Part shown: piece by piece, positions 16,104 through 19,507 of the stretch
Position numbering within the stretch: position 1 is the first letter of the stretch
Layout of the letters: the number at the start of each line of letters is the position of its first letter
Assembly (NCBI GenBank): GCA_964408285.1
Contig: CAYOYV010000018.1
Coordinates: forward strand, 1-19,507
From: an uncultured Nitrososphaerota archaeon
GTDB taxonomy: Archaea; Thermoproteota; EX4484-205; JAAOZO01
Direction: 5' to 3'
Length of the DNA stretch: 19,507 nucleotides
Notes under the pieces: model-generated
What the model was told of the DNA's origin: nothing
What the model saw: only the letters and a program-made list of their open reading frames with translations
Databases searched by the model: none
Program-made: the position numbers and the translations under genes

Positions 16104-17609
16104 CTACCTCTTCTCGATTTCAGTCTTACGCGTAACTAACAGGAAGATCTCTCCGGCAAACTGGTCTCTTTTGGCATCGACCCATTTGACTAAGATGGGC
16201 TGATTCTGTGTCAGACCTGATATCTTCTGCACATCGTCTCTCCAAGCTGTCACCCTTATCAAGCCAGTGTCATCTGCGATATTGAAATCGCCTTTTGGGA
16301 TGGTCTCTCCGCTCCGACTGGTGATCTCTTGTCTTCTTATGCTGGATAGAACCACTCCCTCTATCCATAGATTTCTCGCCTCGGTCTCAATATCCTTTAT
16401 TCGGGTGAGTTTTACAGGAATTTCTTGGGTAGCCAAAAGGGACGGTCGAGTCTGTTCTATGCGTTTAATACTACCGTAGGTTCCTAGACTAAGGGAGGCG
16501 GCCATACCTGCTTTTCTGACCTTGGCGCCTATTATCTCTACCAGATCTCCTTCGGCCAGTGTTGGCATTGCGTCAATTGCCCTCTCCCATATCGTCAGGC
16601 TTGCGGTTCCGCTCTCATCATAGATAATGACCTCTCTGAATCTCCTCGTACCAATCTCGGTGAGGTTCAGCACGCCCTCATCAAATATCTTCGCAACTCT
16701 ACATTGAAGTCTCACCGTCGCACCCTCCTCTAGCTCATGCACAGTGAGGAATTGCTTGGCACTCTCAATCTTCTCCCCAAGCTCTATTGCTCCTCCATCA
16801 TCCAAGGACAGCTCTATGTTTCCAGTTATTCCAACACGCGTCCTAGCTCCAACAATATACACTCTCTTTCCTGTATCATTCTCTGTTATCCTTTGCGCCA
16901 TTTTTCCCCAGAGAACAACTGGGATCTGCGACGTGTCATCCTCAATTACTATATTCCTTCTTTCACTTTCGCCTCTCTTCCCAGAGAACTTCCTCGAATC
17001 GGAAACCAGTCCTATCAGGCCAGACACATTCACTATCGATGGCCTCTCTGGAAGCGTTGATGGATTGATGAAGAAGGAGGTCATATCTGGCAACTGACCA
17101 AAATTCTGCAATTTAGCTAGTGTTCCAAGATTTCCAACATGTATTTCCGTCGTATTAAACAACCCCTCCTTAGAGTATCCCCCCTGTACTTGAACAATGT
17201 CTCCATTGTGCAAGGACAATAGCTCAGGCAACTCTGATTTATCTCTCCAGAGGATTACCGTGCACCATCCAGTTTCGTCTCCAATGTAAAGCTTGGCGAG
17301 GCCCACCTCATCTCCGGCTTGCGTCGTCACAGATCGCGATGACATACCCATTACTCTGCCTATGATGCTAATCCCCCGCATCCCGGGAACAATCTTAGCT
17401 ACCTTCAAGGCCTGATCCAGCGAGATATGTTCAAGCCTCACTCCCAACTCTTGCGCGACAAGAAAGATGGAGTATATAGTCTTGTAGCTATCCCCAATTC
17501 TTACCTTTTTCATTTTCTCGGCTATCATCTCTTGCAGGGTCTCCCTCGTTATGTCCGGCCTGTTGGCTAATATCAAGGAAAGGTATTTCTCTACCAGGCT
17601 CTGTTCCAT
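16104..17609 (-). CDS. Replication protein A-like ssDNA-binding protein with about four tandem OB folds
   Basis: Four repeats of the OB signature (IGDETG..VILW, IEDDTS..VVLW, IYDESG..LTIW, IADDTG..VTAW) after an N-terminal helical domain ending LVAQELGV. Confidence 0.88.
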   Translation of the reverse strand: MEQSLVEKYLSLILANRPDITRETLQEMIAEKMKKVRIGDSYKTIYSIFLVAQELGVRLEHISLDQALKVAKIVPGMRGISIIGRVMGMSSRSVTTQAGDEVGLAKLYIGDETGWCTVILWRDKSELPELLSLHNGDIVQVQGGYSKEGLFNTTEIHVGNLGTLAKLQNFGQLPDMTSFFINPSTLPERPSIVNVSGLIGLVSDSRKFSGKRGESERRNIVIEDDTSQIPVVLWGKMAQRITENDTGKRVYIVGARTRVGITGNIELSLDDGGAIELGEKIESAKQFLTVHELEEGATVRLQCRVAKIFDEGVLNLTEIGTRRFREVIIYDESGTASLTIWERAIDAMPTLAEGDLVEIIGAKVRKAGMAASLSLGTYGSIKRIEQTRPSLLATQEIPVKLTRIKDIETEARNLWIEGVVLSSIRRQEITSRSGETIPKGDFNIADDTGLIRVTAWRDDVQKISGLTQNQPILVKWVDAKRDQFAGEIFLLVTRKTEIEKR

Positions 17610-17720
17610 TAATCAGCATCCGATAAGATTAAGGCTACTTAAAATCTTTCAAGATAGTCCGGACAGGTAGAGATAAATACACACTTCGGAAGGGCAGCCC
17701 CTCCGAGGGCGAATCTTAAG

Positions 17721-17906
17721 TTGAAGGTCTCAGTCGATAATGCTCTCTGCATAGGATGCGGTGTATGCGTGAGTCTTTGCCCTACCGTTTTTGCACTGGA
17801 TGAGGAGGGCAAGTCCAAAGTGATAAATGAGAACGGTTGTGGCACAGATTGCGATTGCGAAGCCACAGCATCAAGCTGTCCAACTGGTGCAATAACGCTG
17901 CAGTAG
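17721..17906 (+). CDS. Ferredoxin (monocluster [4Fe-4S] type)
   Basis: CIGCGVCVSLCP...SSCPTGAI. TTG start. Confidence 0.9.
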   Translation: MKVSVDNALCIGCGVCVSLCPTVFALDEEGKSKVINENGCGTDCDCEATASSCPTGAITLQ

Positions 17907-17916
17907 ACCCTCCGAT

Positions 17917-18045
17917 CTAACGTGCTTCCCTTTCGGCCCTTTCCCGCCTTCTTTCGATAATCATCAACACGATTACTGCCAGCGACACAAGTCCAAGAAG
18001 TAATATCATGGGATTCAATATCTGGAAGAACTCATCTATCGTCAT
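17917..18045 (-). CDS. Small single-pass membrane protein, 42 aa (not in the ORF track)
   Basis: MTIDEFFQILNPMILLLGLVSLAVIVLMIIERRRERAEREAR*. GGAGA just upstream of the ATG and TTAAAATA about 25-32 nt upstream. Fills the otherwise empty gap. Confidence 0.7.
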   Translation of the reverse strand: MTIDEFFQILNPMILLLGLVSLAVIVLMIIERRRERAEREAR

Positions 18046-18120
18046 TGTCTCCAACCGCTGCTCAAGAAATATTTTAATCTTGTGAATTGACGCTTATCGG
18101 AGCCAGAGAGGCGCAAGGAT

Positions 18121-18726
18121 ATGAAAAGTGAGGAATATAAGGTGCGATTTCCCCTATCAGAGGCTATATCGTTTAGCGTTGAGAGCATTCGAAGAAGATT
18201 CACCAGAGCGCTAATTACAATAGTTTCAATCATACTCGGCATAGCCTTCCTCTCAGCGATCCTCACGATAGCTAGAATTGTAGTAGCACTCAGCGGTCCC
18301 TCAGCCGGCGCTGAGGCGCTTCCTTCCTACCAGCTCTGGATGGCTATCATAGCACTGCTGGTGTGCGGTGTTGGTATAGTAAACAGCATGCTCATGAGCG
18401 TAACTGAGAGGTACAAGGAAATCGGAACGATAAAGACATTGGGTGCGGAGGACATTCACATACTTGAGATTTTCCTGATTGAGGGCGTCATAATGGGAGC
18501 AATAGGCGGCGTATTTGGAGGGATTGCCGGCTGGGGGGTTGCCTTTGGGATTTATTACTTCCAATCAGGTGCGCCTGCAACAGTAACGGCAGCCGCCCTT
18601 TCTTCGCTCGATATAGTGGCTGTGTCAATGGTACTTAGCCTGGTACTCTCGTTGGTCTCCTCCATAATTCCCGCCTACCTCGCAGCTAAGCTAAATCCAG
18701 TAGAGGCCCTTAGATATGAGGTGTGA
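18121..18726 (+). CDS. FtsX/MacB-family ABC transporter permease (compact)
   Basis: RRRFTRALITIVSIILGIA, GIVNSMLMSVTERYKEIGTIKTLGA and PAYLAAKLNPVEALRYE. Confidence 0.92.
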   Translation: MKSEEYKVRFPLSEAISFSVESIRRRFTRALITIVSIILGIAFLSAILTIARIVVALSGPSAGAEALPSYQLWMAIIALLVCGVGIVNSMLMSVTERYKEIGTIKTLGAEDIHILEIFLIEGVIMGAIGGVFGGIAGWGVAFGIYYFQSGAPATVTAAALSSLDIVAVSMVLSLVLSLVSSIIPAYLAAKLNPVEALRYEV

Positions 18727-19460
18727 AATCAAAGATGCTCAAGTATGAGTACACAGTTGAAACGGAGGATCTGGCAAAGACTTACGTTATGGGTCCCATT
18801 ACAGTGAAGGCCCTTGACGGAGTCTCTGTGAAAATCAGACGAGGAGAATATCTTTCGGTTATGGGACCGAGCGGTTCCGGTAAGACGACTTTCTTCAACA
18901 TGATAGGTGGATTGGATAGGCCGACCAGGGGCAAAGTATACATCGATGAAGTTGACATTGCGAAGCTCGACGCATACGAGTTGGCTTGGCTTCGCGCCAG
19001 GAAGATCGGGTACATTTTTCAAACCTTCAATCTAATACCAGTTTTAACTGCCATAGAGAATGTGTCGCTACCTATGATTTTCGCGGGTGTCGGAAGAGAG
19101 GAGAGGTTGACTAGGTCTAGGGAACTACTTGAGAGGGTTGGTCTTGGGGAAAGGCTTGATCACAAACCAGCAGAGCTCAGTGGCGGTCAGCAACAAAGGG
19201 TGGCCATTGCCAGAGCTTTGGCTAACAACCCAGTCATAGTGCTGGCTGATGAACCAACAGGTAATCTGGATCTACATACCGGGCTGGACATAATCAATTT
19301 GCTGAAGACCATGAACACAGAGAAAGGTGTAACCATAATAACCGCGACTCATGACCTCAAGATGATCGATGTAAGTGACAGGATCTTCTGGATCAGGGAC
19401 GGAAAGGTAGAGCGAGTGGAAACTAGATCCGAAGTTGCTGTAAGAGGACTAGAGGAATAG
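18723..19460 (+). CDS. ABC transporter ATP-binding protein, LolD/MacB-type
   Basis: Walker A GPSGSGKT, signature LSGGQQQRV, Walker B VLADEPTGNLD and ATHD. GTGA overlap with the permease gene. Confidence 0.95.
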   Translation: MKSKMLKYEYTVETEDLAKTYVMGPITVKALDGVSVKIRRGEYLSVMGPSGSGKTTFFNMIGGLDRPTRGKVYIDEVDIAKLDAYELAWLRARKIGYIFQTFNLIPVLTAIENVSLPMIFAGVGREERLTRSRELLERVGLGERLDHKPAELSGGQQQRVAIARALANNPVIVLADEPTGNLDLHTGLDIINLLKTMNTEKGVTIITATHDLKMIDVSDRIFWIRDGKVERVETRSEVAVRGLEE

Positions 19461-19507
19461 ATTAAATCCAGCCATTGCGGTTGACGATAACCGCTACAAT
19501 GCTACCA

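Noticed and set aside
1-19507. CRISPR array, rRNA, IS elements
   Set aside because: No regularly spaced repeats, rRNA signatures, transposase motifs or terminal inverted repeats seen.

Overview
Archaeal chromosomal window. PolD small subunit, Sec61-beta, TiaS, pelota, Alba, multi-OB RPA and multi-intron tRNAs together suggest a PolD-encoding TACK-type lineage; this is inference. Most of it is housekeeping: a wHTH gene plus PAC2 chaperone, tiaS, a wHTH-wHTH-NurA-HerA operon, enolase, SRP RNA, tRNA-Val(TAC), pelota, a dolichol/phytol-kinase-like gene, DP1, Sec61-beta, Alba, RPA, a ferredoxin and a LolD/FtsX-type ABC pair. Less ordinary features: (1) an initiator tRNA-Met split by three non-canonical BHB introns (7/8, 15/16, 58/59) and a tRNA-Leu(CAA) with two; (2) a tightly packed three-gene cassette between tRNA-iMet and tiaS encoding a Cys-rich, TGT-fold-like protein that seems to lack the canonical catalytic Asps, a free-standing double-motif LAGLIDADG protein and an unknown protein, which is the best candidate for an undescribed system; (3) a ~500-nt unexplained, apparently structured intergenic region upstream of tRNA-iMet; (4) an orphan VirB2/CedA1-like membrane protein; (5) a 42-aa membrane protein missing from the ORF track. 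All calls come from reading motifs by eye; no searches were run.
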